Shown here one piece after another: positions 40,168 to 48,445 of a DNA stretch of 64,000 nt. The notes beneath the pieces were generated by a model. The model was not told where the DNA came from. It did not search any database and was given only the letters and a program-made list of their open reading frames with translations. Each line of letters begins with the position of its first letter. Within the stretch, counting starts at the first letter, position 1. A program made the translations under genes and the position numbers. This DNA is from Candidatus Sumerlaeaceae bacterium (GTDB taxonomy: Bacteria > Sumerlaeota > Sumerlaeia > Sumerlaeales > Sumerlaeaceae). Location of the stretch: positions 591 to 64,590 of the forward strand of contig JAOAAY010000014.1 in assembly GCA_026418615.1 (NCBI GenBank). The letters run 5' to 3'.

Positions 40168-41748
40168 ATGGCGTGGACGAGGGTTGTTCTGGGCGGATGG
40201 TTTGCGGCGTTGCTGGCGATGGCGGAGCCGGCGTCAGCGGCCGTGCGGTTGCCGGTGCCGTTCATGGAGCAACCCGACGACCAAACCTGTCTGCCTACAT
40301 GCCTTGCCATGACGCTGCACTGGTTCGGACGCTCGGAATTGACAACACAGGTGGTGCAATCGCTGCACCAGCGAACCCGTTACGATCGGTACAATTTGCC
40401 CTTCATTGTCCGCGACTACGGGCTCTATGCCCTGCCGTCGTGGTATGAACTGGCTTGGACGCCTGCGACCATCCGGGCGGAATTGGATATGGGGCGCCCG
40501 GTCATCCTCGGCGTGAATCAAGGGCGCTACGGCCATTTTGTGCTCGCGGTGGGGTACGAGGACGACGGGCGAGTCGTGATCCACGATCCGACGCTTGCGT
40601 CGCCCGGTTATCCGCTCGGCGGGGCTTTCAAGTCCGTGGACTGGAAAACACTTTTGTGGCGTGGAGGCGCGATCATTCGTCCCGAGCCATTCCCTCCGCC
40701 TCCTGCAGTTTCCGTCCGACCGCTCGACACCACAGCGCCATCAGTGCTGCGGGCCGGACAGGCCGGCGTGATCGAGTGGGAACTGTCAAACAACGGCACG
40801 GCACCGTGGCCGGAGGGGCTGGCGCTGGTGGCCGCGGGCGATCCGTGGTCGTCGCCCACCGTGGAGCGGGAAAGTGCTTTTTATGTATCCGGTCAGTGGC
40901 TGGGGCCGAGCCGGGTGGCGTTGATTCCCGGCGGTATCGGGCCGGGGGGGCGGACGCGGATTTCGGTGCCCGTGCGCGCACCGATGACTGATAAACCAAT
41001 GACATTCGTGGAGCGTTTTGCAGTGCGTCACGGGGAGGGCAGCGGCTCGTGGCTGAATGAATCATGGCTCGGCGGGCCGGGCAATTGGGCATTGTCGGCC
41101 CGCATAGTGGTGGAGCCTGATGTTGAATGGCCGTTGCCGTTGGAAGGGGCAACGGGAGACGGCCAGCCATCCGCCCGATGGCAAGCCCGGTTTGGGACGG
41201 TTTCGGCTGATTCGCAGACAACCCCGCCGCCCGACGGGTCTGTTCCGCTGCGGCTCCAGACGCCCGGACAGCCATGGGATGTGGCTTGGTTGGGCGACAA
41301 CACTTGGGCCGACTATGAGGCCTCGGCGTGGATCTATTGCGACTTCCGGCCTCAAGAGGCCCCGCGGGGGTTCGAGCGGGTGGGCTTGTTCGTTCGCGAT
41401 AATGGCCAGCGGCGCGGAGATACCAAGGACGAGCAGGAAATCGGCGGTTGCATCAGCATGACCTATGACAGTGATGACGGATATTTGCGCGCGGGGGATG
41501 TGGACAATGGCGGCGTAGGCGACTTCCGCCCGGCGCCAAGGTATAAGATTACCGAGTCCGGCTGGCATCACTTCGCCATTCGGTGTGCAGGCGGGAAAGT
41601 GACCTACTCGCTGGATGGCAAACCTTTCCACGAGCAAAAAGTTCGCAATCGGCTCTCGGGTTGTTGCGGGGTTTGGTACAAGAGCGGTTTTGAGGACAGA
41701 ACGCGGTCGCAGGGGGTGAGATTTGCCGCGTTCAAAGTGGTTCGCTAG
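40168..41748 (+). CDS. Secreted C39-like peptidase + Ig-like domain + DUF1080-like beta-sandwich
   Basis: Signal peptide; EQ..QTC, GHFVL, IHDP triad; LSNNGTAPW; WADYE..GWHHFAIR..LDG. Confidence 0.75.
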   Translation: MAWTRVVLGGWFAALLAMAEPASAAVRLPVPFMEQPDDQTCLPTCLAMTLHWFGRSELTTQVVQSLHQRTRYDRYNLPFIVRDYGLYALPSWYELAWTPATIRAELDMGRPVILGVNQGRYGHFVLAVGYEDDGRVVIHDPTLASPGYPLGGAFKSVDWKTLLWRGGAIIRPEPFPPPPAVSVRPLDTTAPSVLRAGQAGVIEWELSNNGTAPWPEGLALVAAGDPWSSPTVERESAFYVSGQWLGPSRVALIPGGIGPGGRTRISVPVRAPMTDKPMTFVERFAVRHGEGSGSWLNESWLGGPGNWALSARIVVEPDVEWPLPLEGATGDGQPSARWQARFGTVSADSQTTPPPDGSVPLRLQTPGQPWDVAWLGDNTWADYEASAWIYCDFRPQEAPRGFERVGLFVRDNGQRRGDTKDEQEIGGCISMTYDSDDGYLRAGDVDNGGVGDFRPAPRYKITESGWHHFAIRCAGGKVTYSLDGKPFHEQKVRNRLSGCCGVWYKSGFEDRTRSQGVRFAAFKVVR

Positions 41749-41916
41749 GTGTGACAGTGGCGCTGGCTGCCCGGGACGGTTTGTCCTTTGTGGCGTCTTG
41801 ATGGCTTCTGGAGCGCTGCGAATAATCGGCCAAAGGGCCGTCTAAACTAGGGCGAGAGGTCCGGCTGATGAGTCGCCGGGCCTCAAAGACTGGCGAAAGA
41901 CGATCCTGCGTTTCGT

Positions 41917-42735
41917 ATGGGTCCAGATTTCAGGGGTGTTGATTTTCCCGGGGCTGCCGGCCCTGCCGTCGGCCGTGTCCGGGAAGAGGGCGAAGGTGCG
42001 CCCAAGCGACTGTTTCTTGCCGTCCTGTTCTGCGCCCACGCGATGGGTCTTGGGTTATTCTGTATAGGATTGTGGCTGGTTCAGCCGCGTTTGGCTTCGA
42101 TCCATCCGTATGCCTCCCATGCTCTCTTGATCGGGGCCTGCGCGGCCATCGCGGCCTTTAGCTCTGGGTACACTGCATTATGTTTGGCCGTATGGCTGAA
42201 ACGACCTGTGCCGCTGGCCGACAGGGCTTTGCGCTGCTTTGGAAGGTCCCTGCCCGTGGTGGCCGCCGTGTCGCCTTGGTTTGGGGTGTCTCCGGAGCGC
42301 GTTCGCCGGAGCCTGACCTCCATCGAGGAGCATCTGGCGTGTCTGCCTCCGCGCCAGGGATGTCGTGGGCGGATTATTTGCCTTGCTCCAGCAGACTTGC
42401 CGTCTGTCGCGGTGGAGCAAATCCGGTCGGTCGCGGCTGAATACGATACCGATTTTTTGCAGACGGCCAGTGCGACAGAGGCCCGTCAATTGATCCTGCA
42501 GGTCAGGCCGCTTGCCGTGGTGGCCGTTTGTTGTCCGCCGGATACGGTGCGTCGCATCCGCGAGTTGCAATATCGCGTGCCTTTGTTTACGGTAGGGCGC
42601 CGACCCAAATCCTGTGCGGTGTGCGAAGTGTCGCCCGATATTCATGAACTGATGACCGTGCTGGAAACCGTGCGGTCGCGCTACGAGGTAGCCGATGCAA
42701 CCTCTGAAGCCCAACCGGCGCGCCAACGGCACTGA
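41917..42735 (+). CDS. DUF116-like membrane protein (degenerate)
   Basis: Two TM segments, then TASATEARQLILQVRPLAVVAVCC resembling the DUF116 core. Confidence 0.55.
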   Translation: MGPDFRGVDFPGAAGPAVGRVREEGEGAPKRLFLAVLFCAHAMGLGLFCIGLWLVQPRLASIHPYASHALLIGACAAIAAFSSGYTALCLAVWLKRPVPLADRALRCFGRSLPVVAAVSPWFGVSPERVRRSLTSIEEHLACLPPRQGCRGRIICLAPADLPSVAVEQIRSVAAEYDTDFLQTASATEARQLILQVRPLAVVAVCCPPDTVRRIRELQYRVPLFTVGRRPKSCAVCEVSPDIHELMTVLETVRSRYEVADATSEAQPARQRH

Positions 42736-42756
42736 CTCAGGTACCAAAACCCTTCG

Positions 42757-43005
42757 GTGATTTGCGTCACGGTCCGACTGCATGGCGTTCTGGCGGAACT
42801 TGCCGGTGTTGCGTCTGAAACGGTGTCCTTGGAAGACGGCGCCACATGGGTGCGCGCCATGGCTGCTCTCATCGCGCGCCATCCGATTCTCCTTCCGATC
42901 ATGTCAGAGGTGACAACGACCCGGGCCGGTAGGGTCGTGTCGGATGGCGAGTGTTTGCGCGATGGCGACCGGCTTGATCTGGCCACGGGCTCCTCACGCG
43001 CCTGA
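42757..43005 (+). CDS. MoaD/ThiS-like ubiquitin-fold protein lacking terminal GG
   Basis: VTVRLHGVLAELAG..VSLEDGAT..LRDGDRL; ends TGSSRA. Confidence 0.55.
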   Translation: MICVTVRLHGVLAELAGVASETVSLEDGATWVRAMAALIARHPILLPIMSEVTTTRAGRVVSDGECLRDGDRLDLATGSSRA

Positions 43006-43159
43006 CACGCGTTGGCTGAATGGACGGGTGATGATGGATCATTCCGCTTGCCAATCAATGTTGATAGGCTATACATAGGCTGGATGTTGCGCTGGGTACG
43101 AACGCCCCGATGACTGACTGCTGGATTCCCCCCGCGCAGCCGCGGTGTGTGACCACATC

Positions 43160-43933
43160 ATGAAATCCGTGCGTGAAATCTACGAAAGTTTTGGTCTGGA
43201 AGTGATCCAAGAAGTGGAGCGCTACCTTGCGCAGCACGGCGACCTGACCGAACTTCTTCAGCGATTCCACCTGCAGGTTCCCTCGCGGCTGGACCAGCAG
43301 CATGAGATTCTCTCCCAGTTCCTCTACAAGTACGGAATAACCTTTTTCCTGAAAGCGCTTCGTAACAACCTTTCCGCCGCCGAAATCGAGCACCTGAAGG
43401 TTATGAAACTGGTGAGTCGTGTCGGATCCCCGGTGCGCGCCCGGGACAAGAGCGCGACAGCGCCTCCGCCTTTGGCTTCGGAAAAGAAGGATTCCGCATC
43501 ATCGCGGTCGCTGACGCCGGTTCCGCTGGATTGTGACCCCAGTGCCTCGGTGCATGCGACGCCGCCGCCTGACGGTGTCGCTGTGCCGGGCATGGCTCCC
43601 GGGGCTGCCGATGCACCGCCGCCAACTGTTCACGACGGAGCCTCCCGCACGATCGAGTGCCCCAATGGGGCGACGATTACCGAAATCAATGGTCGCCTGT
43701 GGATTGTCACGGCCGATTATGTGGGGTGGGATCGTCGCTCGGGAGTTGACCGTCGGTCGGGGTTGAAAGATCGTCGGCGCGAGACGACCGTGGTTTTCAA
43801 GAATCGGCGCTTTGGCGGGCGAGACCGCCGCAAAACGGTTCGGCGCGCCGAGGACCGGGCGCGACTAGAGGCAGAGCAGGCCGCTCGCTCGCGGAGCGGC
43901 GCACCGGACGAAACGGGCAAAAAAAAGTCGTGA
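43160..43933 (+). CDS. Hypothetical protein with C-terminal DRR repeats
   Basis: Helical N-domain, Pro/Ala linker, YVGWDRRSGVDRRSGLKDRRR..GRDRR; start may be 43145. Confidence 0.7.
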   Translation: MKSVREIYESFGLEVIQEVERYLAQHGDLTELLQRFHLQVPSRLDQQHEILSQFLYKYGITFFLKALRNNLSAAEIEHLKVMKLVSRVGSPVRARDKSATAPPPLASEKKDSASSRSLTPVPLDCDPSASVHATPPPDGVAVPGMAPGAADAPPPTVHDGASRTIECPNGATITEINGRLWIVTADYVGWDRRSGVDRRSGLKDRRRETTVVFKNRRFGGRDRRKTVRRAEDRARLEAEQAARSRSGAPDETGKKKS

Positions 43934-44304
43934 CGAGTCCTGTCATTCGGATTGTGGCCGCCGGCGAACTGGCCGAAGGCGGAGCCGCTACCTTCGTCTT
44001 CCGGGATGCCAACGGTTTGCTGCGTGATGGATTTGTGGTGCGCTTTCGCGGTGTTATTCATGCCTATCTGAACTGCTGCCCGCACCAGCCGCTGAGCCTC
44101 GATTACGGCGACGGCGATTTTTTCACTCGGGAAGGGGACCTTCTCCTGTGTCGGAACCACGGCGCCCTGTTTGAGCCGGAGACGGGGCAGTGTGTGGCCG
44201 GGCCCTGCTACGGCGCGTCGCTGCGTGTGTTGCCCGTGCATGAGGAGGATGGCTGGATTTGCTTTGACGCTTCCGTCTGTCCCCCTCAACCCGATCTTGA
44301 GTAG
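43930..44304 (+). CDS. Rieske [2Fe-2S] ferredoxin
   Basis: NCCPH, CRNHGALF, GQCVAGPC. Confidence 0.92.
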   Translation: MTSPVIRIVAAGELAEGGAATFVFRDANGLLRDGFVVRFRGVIHAYLNCCPHQPLSLDYGDGDFFTREGDLLLCRNHGALFEPETGQCVAGPCYGASLRVLPVHEEDGWICFDASVCPPQPDLE

Positions 44305-44335
44305 CGGCGCCGCCGGCCGGCATCATCCAGCCGCA

Positions 44336-45139
44336 ATGCTCGCCTCCGTGCGCTTTCATGCCAAAATCTGGGTTTTCTATGTGGCACAGTTTCTCAAGCG
44401 CCGCATGATCTACCAGATGGACTTCCTCGCCGGACTGGCAGCGGATGTCACCCTGCAGTTTGTCAACCTTTTGTTCATTTTTGTCATTTTCGAAAAAGTC
44501 CCCGACCTGCGCGGATGGCAGCGGGATGAGGTGCTTTTTATCTATGGCCTCGCCATCATGTCCTACGGTCTGTTCCATGCGTTTTTCTCGAACATTTATT
44601 ACTTGGGCAATACTTATATCGTCGAGGGAAACATGGACCGCGTCCTGCTGAGGCCGCTCAATCCCTTGTTTCAGGTTTACGCTGAGCGTGTGGACCTTGA
44701 GGATGCTGGCGAGGTGCTCTTGGGAGCCGTGCTGGTGGCGTATGCGCACCGCGCACTGGGACTGGACTGGACGCTGCTGCACCTCGTGGCGCTTCCGCTG
44801 TTTGTCATTCTCGGGGTGCTTGTCTTTCTCGGCGTATTTACGGCTTTGGCGTCAGCGGGTTTTTGGTTTGTGGATCGGGTGGGCATCCTGCCGCCGGTAT
44901 ACAACATGATGGCGTTTGGCCGGTACCCCGTAACGATCTATCATCCGTTGCTCCGTTTCGTGCTGAGTTGGGTCATCCCGTTCGCGTTCGTCGGTTTCTT
45001 TCCGTCCACCTGGTTTCTGGGGCGTCAGGAATACCTTGGATATTTTGTCGTGACGCCGATCGTTTCCTTCGCCGTTTTTGGTATTGGATGCGCCTTGTTC
45101 CACGCGGGTCTGCGTCGTTACGAGAGTGTTGGCTCATGA
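44336..45139 (+). CDS. ABC-2 family permease (DUF990/ABC2_membrane_6)
   Basis: GNMDRVLLRPLNPL, RYPVTIY, GLRRYESVGS. Confidence 0.88.
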   Translation: MLASVRFHAKIWVFYVAQFLKRRMIYQMDFLAGLAADVTLQFVNLLFIFVIFEKVPDLRGWQRDEVLFIYGLAIMSYGLFHAFFSNIYYLGNTYIVEGNMDRVLLRPLNPLFQVYAERVDLEDAGEVLLGAVLVAYAHRALGLDWTLLHLVALPLFVILGVLVFLGVFTALASAGFWFVDRVGILPPVYNMMAFGRYPVTIYHPLLRFVLSWVIPFAFVGFFPSTWFLGRQEYLGYFVVTPIVSFAVFGIGCALFHAGLRRYESVGS

Positions 45140-46782
45140 GAGCGCGGACTGCCGCCGGATTCTGTCTGATCCTGCTCGCGGTCGCGGGGTTGGGGCTTCG
45201 GTGGTGGCGGCTGGATCTGATGCCGTTCCGGTACGACTCGGCGGCCGAAATGTGGCGCGCGCGCGAGGTTCTTGAAGGGGGCGGTCTGCCCGTGACGGGT
45301 ATCATCAACTCGCTGGGATTCCGTAACCCGGCCGGCTTCACATGGCTGATCATGCCGGCTGCGGTTTGTTCTCCGGATCCGCGATGGACGGCGGCATGGA
45401 TTGGAATTTGGACGATGACCGCGTTGTGGCCGCTGTACGCGGCGGGGCGCTTGGTGCTTGGGCAGCGTGCGCTTGCGCTGTTACCCTGCGCTGTGTGGGC
45501 GGTCTTGCCGATTTGTGTTATGGGCGGACGATCCATCTGGCCGCAAAACCTCCTCGCGACTGTGGGCGCATGGGGTCTGTGGCTGATTCTGTTGGCCTGT
45601 CAGGCTGACAGCCCTCTGCGACGGCGTGTGGCTGCCGCTGCCGCGGCGTTCGCCGTGCTGGGGTTTGGCGCACTTGTGCATCTGTCGTGTCTCGCGGCGG
45701 TGGGGGTAGCCTTGGTTTTGCTAGGGGTGGGTATGGGCTTTATGCGTCGGACAGGCGACCGGCAAACCAAGCCGATGACGGGAGGTTTCGCGGTTGCCGT
45801 GCTCCTTGGGCTGCTACCAGCAGCGGCCGGGCTGTCACCGAGCGCTGTGGATGGCTGGCGGAGGATGAGCGTGCCTGAGAGCCAGCGGGCGGCAAAACCA
45901 GCGCACATCCAGCAGTACGAGTCGCGAATGCCGCCGCCCAAGCCGCTTCCGGCGCGCCTATCGGATGCGATTGGGGGGCTTTTCCAGCAGTTTTCCAGCC
46001 TTGGTGCGACGGGGGGGATTGACCAGCAGTTGACGCCGGTGGCCGTCGCCGCAGGGCGTTCGGCGGATGTGGCCTTGCTTGCTTTGGTTTTGGCGGGTGT
46101 GGCTCGCACGGCGCTCACGGCCGGGCGCAGGCGCGCATTGGCCGTAGGCACCGGCGGGCTCAGGCGGTTCCATGCAGCCGTGTTGCTGGCGTGGGTTTTT
46201 GTGCCGCCGGCGACCGCGGCATTTGTCCTGAAGCGGCTCAACGCCAGTTATTTTGCTTACACCCTGCCGGCGCTGCTGTTGTTTGCGGGCATCGCTATGA
46301 GGCCGGTCGGAGGCGAAGTTTCGCGAAGGCTCGCACGCGCAACGGCTTTGGCCTTTGCCGCCGGGACATTTTCCCTGTATATCTTTTTCTTTTTCTGCAC
46401 GATGACGGCGCTCGATGCGAGCCGCTATGTTCGGGGCGACTACTACATTCCGCTTGCCAACCAGTTGAGTCTGGTGCGGCGGCTGGCGGCGGAGGGAGTG
46501 TCGCGGGCCCGGTTTGTCCACCTGAGCGGCGACTGGTTTCAACATTCGTACAACTATTTGTTCGACGAGATGGGAATACGACCGGCGGCAGAATCGGAGC
46601 CGGTCTGGGCCGTGGTGGAGGATTTGGTTTTGCGCGGGCGGCAGGCGCACCGGGCTGCGCTGATTGACAAGCACGCGACGCTGCGCGAGGGACCGGTTGC
46701 CGCGGTGCTGTTCACGGGGCCGGCGGGGGCGGTGGCGTTGCAACGGGCGTTTTGGGCAGCCGAGGATTCGCCCGAGCCGTGA
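45136..46782 (+). CDS. GT-C/ArnT-like polytopic membrane glycosyltransferase
   Basis: LRWWRL..FRYDSA, PVTGIINSLG..NP, RSIWPQN; many TM segments. Confidence 0.6.
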   Translation: MRARTAAGFCLILLAVAGLGLRWWRLDLMPFRYDSAAEMWRAREVLEGGGLPVTGIINSLGFRNPAGFTWLIMPAAVCSPDPRWTAAWIGIWTMTALWPLYAAGRLVLGQRALALLPCAVWAVLPICVMGGRSIWPQNLLATVGAWGLWLILLACQADSPLRRRVAAAAAAFAVLGFGALVHLSCLAAVGVALVLLGVGMGFMRRTGDRQTKPMTGGFAVAVLLGLLPAAAGLSPSAVDGWRRMSVPESQRAAKPAHIQQYESRMPPPKPLPARLSDAIGGLFQQFSSLGATGGIDQQLTPVAVAAGRSADVALLALVLAGVARTALTAGRRRALAVGTGGLRRFHAAVLLAWVFVPPATAAFVLKRLNASYFAYTLPALLLFAGIAMRPVGGEVSRRLARATALAFAAGTFSLYIFFFFCTMTALDASRYVRGDYYIPLANQLSLVRRLAAEGVSRARFVHLSGDWFQHSYNYLFDEMGIRPAAESEPVWAVVEDLVLRGRQAHRAALIDKHATLREGPVAAVLFTGPAGAVALQRAFWAAEDSPEP

Positions 46783-46846
46783 ATGCGCGACGCCTGCGCG
46801 CCGTTACTTCAGGCACCGCGAGTCGAGAAAGGGTAGGACGGACAAC

Positions 46847-47845
46847 TTGAATATTGTTTACATGGGCACTCCGGGTTTTGCGGTGCCGCCGCTCAAGCGG
46901 CTGCTGGCGTCGTCGCACCGCGTGGCGGCGGTGGTCACTCAGCCAGACAAGCCGGTCGGTCGCGGGCGCAAACTCCAGCCGCCCCCGGTGAAGGAGGCGG
47001 CTCTCGAGCACAATCTTATTGTGCTGCAGCCTGAGAAACTTCGCAAGACCGCGTTTGACCGGGTCTTGTCGGTCTACGCGCCGGATGCGATTGTGGTGGC
47101 GGCTTACGGCAAGATTTTGCCGCCGGAAATCCTCGCGTTGCCGCGCTATGGGTGTATCAACATCCACGCGTCGCTCCTGCCCAAATATCGCGGTGCCGGC
47201 CCGATCCAGCGCGCTATCATCAACGGCGAAACGCGCACAGGTGTGACCATCATGCTGATGGATGAGGGACTCGACACGGGGCCCATCATCGCGAGCGAAG
47301 AGATTGAGATTCTGCCGGACGACGATGCAATCAGCGTGGCCAACATGCTTAGCGTCATTGGAGCGGAACTGTTGGTGAAGGTGTTGGATCGCATCGAGGA
47401 AACAGGCCGGGTCGAATGCAGCCCCCAAGACCATTCGCAGGCCACCTATGCGCCGATGCTGACCAAAGCCGACGGCTTGCTCGATTGGTCGCTCGGCACG
47501 GACCAGATTATCTGCCGTATCATGGGGCTCAAACCTTGGCCGTCGGCTTTCAGTTATCTCAGCGGCAAGCCGTGGAAATTTCTTAAAGGCGAACCCTACT
47601 CGGATCCGCTGGCACCCGACATCGCCAAGGCTCAGGGCTTAACGGATCCCGGCAAGGTGACGGGGACGGTGAAAGGCCGCGGGTTCGTGGTCAAGACCGG
47701 CGACGGCCATTTGCTGGTGACCGAAGTCCAGCCGCAAGGCAAGCGCGTGATGTCAGGTGCCGATGCGGTCAACGGCAAACTGGTTACAACGGGGCAGGTG
47801 TTTGTCAGCGATCCGGCTTTTCTGGAGGGCGAGCCAGACGAGTGA
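46847..47845 (+). CDS. fmt: Methionyl-tRNA formyltransferase
   Basis: IVYMGTPGFA, VTQPDKP, NIHASLLPKYRGAGPI, GLDTGP; TTG start. Confidence 0.96.
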   Translation: MNIVYMGTPGFAVPPLKRLLASSHRVAAVVTQPDKPVGRGRKLQPPPVKEAALEHNLIVLQPEKLRKTAFDRVLSVYAPDAIVVAAYGKILPPEILALPRYGCINIHASLLPKYRGAGPIQRAIINGETRTGVTIMLMDEGLDTGPIIASEEIEILPDDDAISVANMLSVIGAELLVKVLDRIEETGRVECSPQDHSQATYAPMLTKADGLLDWSLGTDQIICRIMGLKPWPSAFSYLSGKPWKFLKGEPYSDPLAPDIAKAQGLTDPGKVTGTVKGRGFVVKTGDGHLLVTEVQPQGKRVMSGADAVNGKLVTTGQVFVSDPAFLEGEPDE

Positions 47846-47863
47846 GTTTTGCGAGGGTCGGGC

Positions 47864-48337
47864 TTAGGATTCGGTCGGGGCCGGCTCGGACTGGGTCAGA
47901 ACGCGGACCTCGTGGCTGAACTCGCTGACATCGCGAAACTGGCGATAGACGCTTGCGAAACGCACATAGGCCACCTCGTCCACCTCCCGCAATTTCTTCA
48001 GCACCATCTCGCCAATGCGCAGGCTACTGATCTCGCGTTCCATGCTGTTGTATAAGGCTTTCTCGACGAACTGGACGATGCGCTCGACTTCCTCCATGCT
48101 GACGGGGCGTTTTTCGCATGCGCGGGTAATGCCGTTGAGCACCTTCTGGCGGTCGAACACCTCCCGCCGACCGTCGCGCTTGATCACCATCACCGGCAGT
48201 TTTTCGACCACCTCAAATGTGGTGAAGCGATGCCCGCACTTGAGGCACTCCCGCCGGCGACGGATGGAATCGCCCTTCTGACTTTGGCGCGAGTTGACCA
48301 CTTTGCTTTCCGTGTGACCGCAGAAGGGGCACAACAT
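47864..48337 (-). CDS. nrdR: Transcriptional repressor NrdR
   Basis: CPFC, IRRRREC..C..RFTTFE, ATP cone, VAYVRFASVY. Confidence 0.97.
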   Translation of the reverse strand: MLCPFCGHTESKVVNSRQSQKGDSIRRRRECLKCGHRFTTFEVVEKLPVMVIKRDGRREVFDRQKVLNGITRACEKRPVSMEEVERIVQFVEKALYNSMEREISSLRIGEMVLKKLREVDEVAYVRFASVYRQFRDVSEFSHEVRVLTQSEPAPTES

Positions 48338-48445
48338 ATCTACATTCCAAATCGGTCGAAGTACAAGATAGCGCCATTGGGCACGGCGTTCGCCAGGGAC
48401 TGTCAACAGAAAACAATTGCCGGGGGTTCGGGGAAAACTTTGGTG

